Below are positions 30,001 to 42,000 of a DNA stretch of 63,435 bases, piece after piece; positions within the stretch are counted from its first letter, which is position 1, and each line of letters opens with the position of its first letter. This stretch comes from a virus (Duplodnaviria > Caudoviricetes). Both the position numbers and the translations under genes were made by a program. The stretch spans positions 1-63,435 of IMG/VR virus record IMGVR_UViG_3300033146_005951; one strand, given 5' to 3'. Under the pieces are notes generated by a model. The model was not told the origin of the DNA, did not search any database, and worked only from the letters and a program-made list of their open reading frames with translations.

Positions 30001-33000
30001 TGGCAAATCTCCTGAGGTCATATTTGAAATAATGCGAGGTACAAATCAAAAACTTAAAAATGAATTAAGAGATTTAGGTTTTAATTTACGTGGAAGTACT
30101 ACAGATTTAGTTAAAAGTATTTCTAAGTTGGGTGATGTAAAAGTAGGTACTGAATGGTTTGAACAATATAGATTGGCAAATGAGAGATTTAATATAGAAG
30201 GTGAAAAAACAGGCATAGTATTAAAAAAGATCCGTGATGGATTTAATACAATAACACCTTTAAGTTCTGAGGGGTTATCTGAACTTGCAACTCGTTCGCA
30301 AGATTTTCTTACTAGAGCAGGTATTGCATTTGAAAGCTTTGATACAAAGTTGTTTAAGCACTCTATTAACTTTAATGCATTTAGTGAAAAAGAAAAAGCT
30401 AATGTTGGAAAGTATACTAATATACTTTCTAAAGGTATGCGTACTATAGGACAATTCCTCCAAGAAGATCCTTTTTCAGGTAGCATAATGCGTTTAGTTA
30501 GAGAAGAAGATGTTCTTTGGGAGAAACTAATTGTTTCTGCTGATAAAGGAGGCAAGAAACTTAAAACAAGCATTCAATCTGAATTAGCTAGGGCACTTGA
30601 TACAACCAAACGTGAAGGAATTAATTTAAATAGATTATTCAAAGGCACTGGTAAAGTTCCTGAGCTCCAAGAAATTATTGGGCAGTTAATGGAGTTACGA
30701 AAAACCAAGCGTGCAGTTGATACTGAAATGATGGCACCTGGTGTTAGACCTTTTAGTAATCTTATTAAAGACGCTTCATTACTGCAAGGAACATTATTAA
30801 CTGCTTTTGGTAGTATATCTAAAGGATTGTCTCGTGTAGGTGAGACAGGCAAAGTAGATATTAAGATGGGCAATTCTATCAGAAATCTTGATACAGTTAC
30901 TCAACATTTAAATATACTTCAAGCAGAAATTGACGAAACAATTGCATATGCAAAAAAGACAGGTCAAACTTTACCTTTAGAGTTTCAATTAGTAACGCGC
31001 TCAGTTTCAGATATGGGTTCGAGCCTTAATAGTTCATATGAAGTTTTAAAAAAGTTACCTACTCACGCAAAGGTCTCTGAAAAAGATATGGAGAAACTTG
31101 CTGAGACAGTAAATAAATCTGCAAGCGCTTTGAAGAAATTTGATCAGATAGATCTTAAAGAATTTTCTTCTAGAGTAGGTACAGCAATGTCTATTGCTAT
31201 GAATAAGGTTAATGCTTTTAGTAAGCAAGCTCAAATAAGGCCTTCATTTCAGCTAGGTAAAACTGGTGTTGATCAAATACTTAAAGCTACTGGCAGTGAT
31301 TCTGATAAGATGATTCAGCAATGGAGAGAGTCTGCTGTAGCAGGTGGTGATACATGGAAACAGATGACAATGTTTCTAAAAGAATTAGAACCTGAAATGA
31401 AAGGAATTTTTGAACGTTTTGCAAGTAAGCCTAGATTATTATTAAAAGCTTTTGATAAAATGACTCCCCAGATGAGAATATTAATGTCTTTATATTTTAA
31501 TGAAATGGGTCATTCTACCGCACAAGGTTTTCAAAAGTGGATGCAGACATATGATAAATATTTTAGCGGTATGACAAAAACAAATAAAAGGCATCTTGAA
31601 ACCTTTTTAGGATATACCTCTCAAACTATGGCATCTTTTAAAGCCCCTGATGTAACTAAGTATTTTGCTCCTGAAACAGGATTAGAAGCAGATAAAACAA
31701 CAGAAGGGTTAAAGAGGCTTGGTAATGCTTTATCTAAACTTGGCATTAATATGAAAGAATTAAAAGATCTTTCTGGAGATACTTCGTGGTTGAAAAAGTG
31801 GGGAGAAGCTTTTGCTACACCTATAGATTGGGATTTTGGCCCAGGCAAAGGGAAGACAATTCAACTTACTGGTACGTTTAGTATGTTTGCTAAAGCAATT
31901 ACTCATGTAGGTGAGGGGTTAGATATATTAATGACTCAGTTGCGTAGAGTAGGAGAAGAAACTCAATCTGGTGCAATTCAAAAAGGAATCAAACAATTAG
32001 TTGCCCTCATTATGCAATTAGATGCTGAGTTTAGTAAAACTTCTAAATTTAAATTATCTATTGGTGCAGGATTAAGTACAAGCTTAAAACCTTTAAGAGA
32101 TGTAGGTTATGCAATAAATAGTTTCTTTGATGCAATGGAAAAAATCAAACTTGCTTCAGATTTTACTTTAACTCAAAAAGAAATTAGTTCATTTGGTAAT
32201 ATAGTTATAATAACAATGAATCAAGTTGCTGCTGCAATGAGTCCTGCTGTTAAAGCTTTAACTGGGTTTGCAAATACAACTGCTGTTAAAAGATTCTCTC
32301 AGTTTGCTCAAGGATTACGTGATTTAGTTGCTGCGACAAAAGACCTTTATCAATTTACAGCTGTATTTAGTGAGATAGACAAAGATTCTAAAAAAGGAGC
32401 TACTGCGTTAGGTCATTTTGAAAAAGTAATGAAATCAATGATGATCTTATTGAATAGCATTCCTGATATATCTAAAAAACTTAATTTTGGTGTAAGTAAA
32501 GATGCAGCAAATAATGCTAGAATGCTTGTTGAGGTATTAAAGCCACTGGCTCAATCTATGTTAATGATTGGTGAGGCTTTTAAAGGAAATGTTAATATCG
32601 AAAGCAATATGAAGAGATTTTCTTCAGCTTTAAAAGGAATGATTAATGTTATTAGAAGTGTTGATTTAGATCCAGTAACTAAAGATTTATTAAATGATAT
32701 ACGTAAACTAACTCAAATATTTAGTTCTAAAGCTTTAGTTGCAACACCTGATGAGGCAGAAAAAAGGCTTCAAGTCTTGGCTCAAGTAATTGAGCAAGGA
32801 TCAAATAAAGTTGCACAAAAAACTAAGCAGGGTATTGAGAAGATGAATCGAGCTTCAAAGACCCCAAAGACTGATTTTTTAACTGATTTAGGTATTACTC
32901 CAGGCAAGGCTACAGGTGGTGGGGGTATTGTATCTGATTTAATGGATATTCAAACTAGTTTTTCAGAGCCAGTGCCAAATTTTGATGCCAGTGAACAAGC

Positions 33001-36000
33001 AATGGGGCATTTAGCTAGTGCTGGAAAAGAAGTAGGAAAAGTACTTCAAGTTATTAACAATGCTGTAATTAAGTTAGGTTCAGAATTTAAAGAAATTCTT
33101 CCTGGAGAAGAAAAGTTTATTACAGAATTGACTCAATTAGCTGCATTGAATCCTGCTGCAGCTATTGATAAATTAAATATTAAATTGAATTCGTTAGGTA
33201 AAAATTTAGCGGGTGATAATTTAAAGAAATCACAAGATGCAATACAAGGGTTTATAATTGAATTATTAAATGGTGCTGCAGGTCTTAAATCAATGGGTGC
33301 TGCAGGTACTGAACTGCAGAAGATCCATGATAACTTAAATAAAGATACAGTTAGCACTAAAGAATTAACTATTGCATTGACAAAAGTTAAAGGAGTTTTA
33401 AAGAGTGTAGAGGTTGAATCTGCAAAACTTGATTTACAAAATCGATTATTAAAAACAAGAGGGGAGGCTAAAGGTGTCCATACAGAAATAAAAAGTTTAC
33501 TTATGTCTATGAAAGCATTAGGTCCCGAGTTTAGAAAATCTCTTTCTACTGGTGATGCTAGGCGTGAATTCCTTTCTTATTCAAATGAGCTAGGTTCAAA
33601 ATTAGAGACTGCAATGGGTCCAATGAGGGCATTTTCTGGATTCAAAGGAGTTAGCGAAGAAATTAAAAAAATGACTTCGAGTATGGCCGTATTAAAAAGC
33701 CAATCTCAAGGCATGGTTACTTTAGCAGATCGGTTTACAGGTAAATTAAGAATTGCAGGAGATCAGTTTTTAAATCTAGTTGCATATCAAACTAGGTGGT
33801 ATGTTTCACAACAAATCTTTTTTATGGGGTTTGGTCAGATACAAAAAATACTTTCTAATTTTGGTGCTTTGGATATTCAAGTAAGAAGAGTTCTTCGTGT
33901 TCTTCGTGATTCTAATAATGCAGTGTTGGGTATTGATTCTTCAATTCGGGCTTTATCTGGAGCAGGTGTTAAGTGGGCTTCTGATTGGGCTCAGAATATG
34001 GAAGTAATGTTTAAGGCCCAGACAAGATCTACGTTTTATAGTTTATTTAAACAACTTGGTACAACCTCTGAAGAAATTGGTGAGTCCATGTATCAGTTGG
34101 GTTCTGCAGGTTTGCAAGCAAATGAAGTAATGTCTGCCATTGAACCAACTCTTCGAATGATAATTGCTACTGAAGGTGAAGTTAAAGATACTACTCGATT
34201 GATAGCAGGTGTTTTTAATTTATATGGAAATTCAATTGAAGGAGCAAGAACAAATACTGAAAAGTTTGTATATATCACTGATGTATTAACTGCAACATTT
34301 AGAGATCATATGGTTACGATTGGAGAACTCATTACTGGTATAAGTTATACAATCGCTACTGCTAAACTTTCTGGTATGCAATTTGAAGAAGTAACTGCGG
34401 CACTTGCAGTTTTAAATGATAATATGTTAAAGGGTTCAAAGGCGGGCCGTGCATTTAATAGGATGCTTTTAAATTCAACTAAAAGATTAGATGAAACAAA
34501 AGATATTTTACAAGCAATTGGAAATCAGGCAAATATAGGAGTTGATTTAACAAAGATTTTTGAGGGGTTGGAAGTCAGTGGAGCTAGACCATTTGATTAT
34601 ATTATTCAAGCTGGCATAGCAATGCAAGAACAATTAAAGACTGCTAATCTTACAGTAGAGAATTTAACTAGGACTTTTAAGTCTATGGGTGTAGTTGGTG
34701 CTCGTGCTTTTGCCATCCTTTTATTAAAAGCTGGTGATTATGAAAAGACATTATTTCAGTTAAAATATGCTGCGTTTAGTGCTGGCGAAGATATGTCTGA
34801 ATTATTAATTGGTGGTTTTGATAGATCAATTCATCGAATTGAAGGTTTCACTCGAGCAGGTTATGCGCGTGTAATGGGAATAGCTCGTGGCGGCGTTACC
34901 GTATTAGCTTCAATGGTTCAGCAAGTAGAAAGTGGTATTAAGAGAATTTCTGAAATGCCTTTTATTCCAGATATTCCAGATGTTAAAAGTTATATTTCAT
35001 TTTTTGGTGTAGTTGCAACTGGTGCTGCAATATTTGCTGGAATTAAGAAAAAGCCTTTGCCTGGATTAGATGCTTTGAGGTTTGATAAGTGGGCTAAAGG
35101 AATTAATAAGTTTACTCTTAATATAGATCAAAACAGAACTGCATTAAAGTTACTCAATGTTGAATTAAGAAAGACTGGATTAAATGCAATTAATTTAGGT
35201 CAAGCATATGAAACTGCAGCAAATAAAATGACTGCAATGAGTAAAATGGGATCTACAATGTCTACGTTTAAAGGACTAACTGGATTAACGTCGTCTTTTA
35301 AACCTCAACAACAACTTATTATATCTGGTTTAAAAGATATTGAAAGAGCTTATACAAAAGTAACTTCAGGCAAATGGAGTATGGGAGATCTGACTGAATT
35401 TAATAGCCAGATGAAATCAATTGCTGCATTCGAACCGACTTTCTTAGCCCGTGAGAAAGAATTTACTATTAAAACTAATTTAACTCGAACCATTAGTGAG
35501 TTTCAAAGAGGATCAATTTCTGCTGATCAATTTAGAGATAGACTTAATGCTGTTCATAAAGAAACTATTAAAGCCAGTGGAATGTCAAATTTAACTACTA
35601 AATTAGATATTTTCGAAAAAGAATTAGCAAGTGGTTCTATGACTATGAGCCAATATACTACTAAATTACGTCAGTTGGGTATTGAAGCAAATAAATTAGG
35701 TAGTATAAAAACTTTTGGATTAGGTGCTGTATCTACAAAAGGATTTGCTGAATCATTTAAAGGAATGAGTAAGTTAAATAAATTATATTCTTCGAACATG
35801 GATCAAATGAGCAAGATAGGCATTAAGTCTATGGATCAAGTTTTTAATTTAGTTAGAAATCCTGCAGCTTGGAGTGAATTTGCATCTAATATGACTAAGA
35901 GTTATAGTAAATTTGATTCTCAAACTCAAAAAGTTTCAAATCAGTTTGGTAGGTTAGTCGATCAAATATCAACACCAATTCGTAAAGTATCTATAGGAAT

Positions 36001-39000
36001 TTCTCAAGATGCTATGGAAAAAGATTTTGTTAAGCAAACAAAAAGCATGTCTGTTTTAAAAGAATCTTGGAAAGGATTTGCAGGAGGTGTTGGCCTTGGT
36101 ACTTCAAAGTTAACAAGTTGGTTTAAAACTATGCGAAAAGTAATGAGTGGCATAGTTCCTCAAATTGGAGAATTTGATTCTTCATTCAGTAAAGCAGTTG
36201 CCAAACGTGAAGCTTTAGTTAAGGTAGCTGCAGGATTTAGAGGAATAGGTGGAGCAGCACGTGGAGCAGCTATAGCAGTTAAAGGATTCTTAGCGTCTAC
36301 TATTGCACTTTTAGCTTTATCTGTTGCAGTGCAAAAAGCTTTTGAGTGGTTCGAAAAACTTTCGCGTGGTACTGAGTATTATGCACAAATATTGGGTACA
36401 GTAAACGCTGAATTTAATAAAACTGTTGCAAGCCTTACAGGAAATATATCAGGAATTACTAGATATGTTGATAAGCTTAGTGAATTACGTGAGTCCATGA
36501 ATATGCGTCTTAAAATTGATGCGGATATAGAAACCAAAGAATTTAATAGAGATTTGTCTCATTTAAGTGGTTTATTAGAAGGTACTTTTCAATTTGAAAA
36601 TTTTGAATTTAATGTAAAATATGGTACTGTAACTGATGCAATTGTTGCTTGGAGGGATTTAAATGATGTTATTGCAAATTTAAAAGAAGAGACATCAAAT
36701 AAAGCAATTGGTCGATTTGTTGAATTAGGCAATGAGTATAAAAAGGCAAGTGAAATTTATAAAAATACAATTACAACTGCACTCGAAGGTTCTTGGTTGA
36801 AATCTCGTTGGGATTCTTTTAGGGGCAAAGAGAAAAGCACTAGTTTAAAAATTAAAATAGAAGATTTGAGTGACCCAGATAAAGTTAAATTTAAACGCCA
36901 AGGCCAAGAAGCAGCCAAGCTCATGATTGATTCAGCTAAAATAGTTTTGCAGCAGGGCGCTACAACTTTTGATTTAGTGTGGGATAAAAATTCAATTGCT
37001 ACTTTCGATCGACAATTAAATAATGTTTTTGAATCTACAACTTTGTTTGGTGATAGCCTCAAAACTACTAATTTAAAATTTAATGTTTTTATTAAAAGAA
37101 TGAAGCAAAGTGCAAAAACTGCTGAATTATTTGATCAATTTAAAGAAGTTGGTGAAAATTTAAACAAGGTATTTCAAGTAGGGGGTGCTGAAGAGTTTGC
37201 TACTTTTATGAAAATGTTTCCTAATTTAGCTTCTGAAAGTAAAGATGAAGTTAAAGGTCTTGCTGATTCGTGGGCTAGTTTAGGGGAAGATGAGAGAGCA
37301 GTTGTTTTGATTAACGCAGCACGTAAAGATCTTAAATTATTTCATAAATCTATGAAAGCAGTTTCTGCAGATGGTAGCATGTTACAAGCAGCAGATTCAA
37401 CTAAAAAATTTGTTGAGGTTGCTATTACTGACATATCAATGTTAAATACTAGTATTGCACAGATGGGAGGTACATTAGCAAGAGAATTTGAAAGTACTTG
37501 GAGTCGTGCTTGGGGTCAATGGGTCAATGAAGGAGTTACTGCTTCACTTGATGTAGATAAAGCTTTAACTGGTTCTTTTGAGTATGGTTCAAAATCTATT
37601 TTAGGTAAATTAGAAAGAGATATTTCAAAAACCACAGATCCAATAGTTAAGAGTTTTACTTCAGCATATACAAAAGTGGGTAGCGTTTGGGCTAAAGAAA
37701 CCTCTAAAATGATAAAGGACAATAAACTCCCTAAAGCATTTAGTAATTGGGGTAATGAATTAAGAGTTGCTTTAACTAGTCCTTGGGCAAAAGCTAGATC
37801 AGCACAAGATGAGTGGCGTTCAGGTATGAACAATGCTGTTGATGCTGCAATGATGAGATTTAATTTATTGCAAGAATCAATGTCTAAAATGGGTAGTTTA
37901 GTTTCAGAAGAGTGGCTGCGCGCTCAATCAGCAATATCCAATAACACTTCATTTGGTTCTGAAAAAGATGGTGAGGATGCAATAGAAAAATTTACTGATG
38001 GAATAGAGAAATCTTTAAAAGCAGCAATTAAGAGTGGTCATAAGGGAATTCAAGATTTAGCAAAGGCTATGTCTGGTGATGTATCAGGTGCAATAGATTT
38101 AACAGTTAAGCGCATGGAACGCTTAACTAATGTAATTGCACAAGCTAAGAGTCTCAGTATTGAAGTAAAAGATGCAATAAGTAAGTGGGAGGGTAGTATT
38201 GTTTTAACAAATAAAGTTCTTAGTGTTACTCTTGATTATTTGAAGAAGTTTGCTAAAAATGCTGATATATCTAAAACAGTTCGAGATATGAATGTTGCTT
38301 TATTAAAGAATGAAAAACTTAGAGCTAAAGAAGCATTTGAAAGGGGAAAAAAGTTAGGTGTCTCTGATGAGGATAAATTGAAAGGGGCTAAAACTTATTT
38401 AGAAAGATTAGATCAAATCAACGAGAAGCTGATGTCTTCAGCAGTAGAAAGCCTTAAGAAGCATATATCAGATAAGGCTAAAGCTGAAAAGAAAGAAATG
38501 ATTGAGCGACATAAACGAGAGAACAGAGCAGCTAAAGAAAGCCAGTCTTTACGAAAAATATCTTATCGTGAAGAAGTTAAAGATGCAAAAATTCAAGCTG
38601 CTTCTATAAAGAAAATTGAAAAGCTTAGGTGGAAAAGACCAGGTTATAAGGCAGATGTTGATCAGAAAATTGAAAATGAAAAAATGTGGGGTGAGCGATC
38701 TCGAGATGAAAATAGGCATAATAGCGAAATGTCAGCTCAACAAAAAAAGTTTAATGATGATGCAACAAAAGCTCGTAAAGAAAGACAAGCTGCTGAGTTA
38801 AAAACACTTGAAGAGACTGGCGGAAAAACTGCTAAGTCAATGCAAAAATTAGCTGAAGTTTTGGCTGATATTGACAGTGGTGAATTAAAAATAAAAAGTA
38901 TGGATGAATTATTAGTTCATATTACTTCATTGGGTGATCCTGAATTAACTAAGAATTTTAAGTTATATTTAGATGAAATCAAAAATACTAATGTGGAAAT

Positions 39001-42000
39001 ATCTTCTATTGGTGTTGAAGCGAAAGAAGTTGCTGATCGAGCAGAAAAGTCTCGACTTGAGACAAAAGATGCTTTAAAGAGTTTAGTCTCATTGCAAGAG
39101 AAACTTACAAAGTACTCAGAGACAGTTTCTAAACAAAGCAAAGTAATTGCTGATTTATTAAAACGCGAAGGATTAACTCAAGCAATTCAAGCATTAAGTG
39201 CTATGGGATTTAATGTTAAGTTAGATAAAGAAGGAGTGTTTAAAGATGATAAGACTCTTGGAATGTTCAATAAATTAATTGGAGAAGCCAGTGAAGGTTT
39301 AGTTGATGCAGCAAATAAATTACAAGCACAAGTTCAACCTATTAAAGCTTTTGGTAAGATTCCAGTAGAAAAAGAAGATGTTGTTTCTAGCATATCTCGA
39401 CAATTACTTAATCTTGGTAAATCTTTTCCAGAAGTCAGTTCTCATATCGATGAACTTAGCACACAATTTATTATTCAGTTAGATCGTATGAAAGCATCTG
39501 GAAAAACTCAAGAAGAAATTGATTCTAGATTAGGTGTTGTTTTAAGCAGTATTACTGGCATAAGTGATGACGCTAAAAATTTAAATCCGACATCAATGAG
39601 CTCTTATTTAGATGATATAACTAGCATGTTGAAAATCACAAGCAATGATCTTAAGCAAATTGATATTTCAAATATTCAACCATCAACTACAAAAGCTTTA
39701 TTGCAAGAAAAGATTCAACCAATTGCATCAGAAACTACATTGAAAAATATTCAAAAGAATCAGAATAAAATTGATTCTTTTGTTAGTGAATTGCCTCAAT
39801 GGACTGAAGTTGCTGATAAAGTTGAAGAAGTTGCAATTTCTTCTTTTGAGGATGTAAGTCAAATGGCTCAAAATATTTTTGATGCTCAGAAGAAGAAAGT
39901 TCAGGAAGGGTATCTTGCCAGAGATGATTTTCGTTTGCGAGATGGAAAGCTTCAAAAACGTACTGCACAAGCAGATGTAGTGCTTGGAAAAATGATTCCG
40001 ATTGACATCACTAAAATTCTCGATGCAGATACTTTTCAAACTAAAATTGGGGATGCAGTTGTTAATCTAAGACTTGCTTTCATTGATGCATTAGAATCAA
40101 ATCAAGCAGGTAGTACCTTACAAACCGAAGGAATAAGAAATTTAGTTGATGAGTATAAAAAATCAGGTTATAGCATTCAAGCATTTTTTAAAGAGTATGA
40201 TGAGAAAAGCAATAGATTAATATCTACTATTTATGCAACTAAAGATGGTGAAAGTATAGATATCAACCAGGAAGCAATTGCTAGAGGAATTGCACAAGTA
40301 TTTGTCCCTAAAGGAATTATTTCTACTGAAGATAGAAACGTTATTCAGGGTTATGGTAAAATCCAAGAAGCAGCTAAAGAAATGAGTGCAGGTATTCATG
40401 GATTTTCACAATGGTTGTCTACTACGTATCCAAATATGACAATGCAGCTACCTGAGAATTTTAGGGAGATAGTTGGTCGTGGTGATGAAGTAGATATCAG
40501 AACTATTCTTGAAAATGAATCTAAATTAAAGGTTGCATTTAATGAATATTTAGATAAACTTGGTAAAAGTCCAATATACACTGAAGAAGAAATGGCAGTG
40601 ACTGATAATGCAGTTAATCAATTACTTAAATTAGGTTCAACTAAAGGTTCGATATTTGTCCATGATGTTCATTTAGATGAATCGATAAAAAATTTATTTT
40701 CTGCAATAAAAGCTCCTGGTGTGAATTATGAAATACAACAAATGCCTGAAATAAATTCTGAGGTATCAGGTAATTCTATTAAGAATGCTACTGTTAAGTT
40801 AGAAGAAAGTACTTTTAAAGTTAGTGAATTAATGCAAAATCTTGAAGGTGTGTTTGATCAAAATTTTATTAAAACATTGCTTGATGCACTTCCTACAACA
40901 CAAGATACTACAGAAAATTTAATGAGTAAGCTTGCTCAGGAATTTTCTGATTTAAGAGATGTTTTTGTTAAAGGCGTACAATCAATAATATCTGCAATTA
41001 TATCAAAGCAGTTAGTTGTGAATTTACCTAATAACAATGAAATGGCTAATAATATTAAAAAATTTACTGATCAAGCAACTGAGAAAGGGTCAATATTTAC
41101 TCATGATATTCATTCAGAAAGTGCAATAGTAGATTCTGCTAAACAATCAAAAGAAGGTTTAAGTAAAGTTGCAAAAGCACAGTCAGAAACTTCAGTTAAA
41201 GTAGGTAATTATATTTTTGAATTAGATAAAGCAAATGATAGAATTTTTCCTGCTGCAACTACGGGTGTATTTGGTGTGGAAGGTTTAGCTTATGAAAAAT
41301 TTAAAGCATTAGAATTTAAAATTCCAGATGAAGATGTAAAAGGGCTAAGTGAAGGTATTGTTAATTCAATGAAACAATATGCTGCACAGGATAAAAGAAG
41401 ATCAGAAACTACATTGCCAAGTAAAGACTGGTCTGATCAAGAATATCGATCCTTAAAACTTACAAACGCTTTTGATACTGTAATTCCTCAATTATATGAT
41501 ACAGTTGCAGAATTATCTAAAAGTGTACCGGAATCTGCTTATAAAGAGATGATATCTGCAGTTAATGACGCCTCAATGACTTTATCAAATTTTAGTAGAG
41601 AAAAATTAGGAGGCAACCAAAGTATAGTTTATGATGTCTTAATGGAAGCAAGGAATAAAATAAATTCAATATCACAACAATCGCAAATCCAAACAAAATT
41701 ACAACCAGACAATACAAGTAGTAGAGTTGGATTAATTCAAGAATCTTCTAATTTTATTAATTCAATGTCAAAAGTAACAGATCAATTTAATGAGGAATTT
41801 TTAATTAACAATAAGTTACTTAATACAATTAAATCTACTGATTTAAGCGGTTCGATGTTCGATAGAGATAAGATTAAAAATTTATCAATGGAAATTGTCA
41901 ACGGGATGATTTTAATCAAAGATAGTACTACGGGAATAGCCCATGGATTTAAAACAGCAGAAGAAGCAGTTGCTAAAATTGGAGACACAACTTTTAATGC

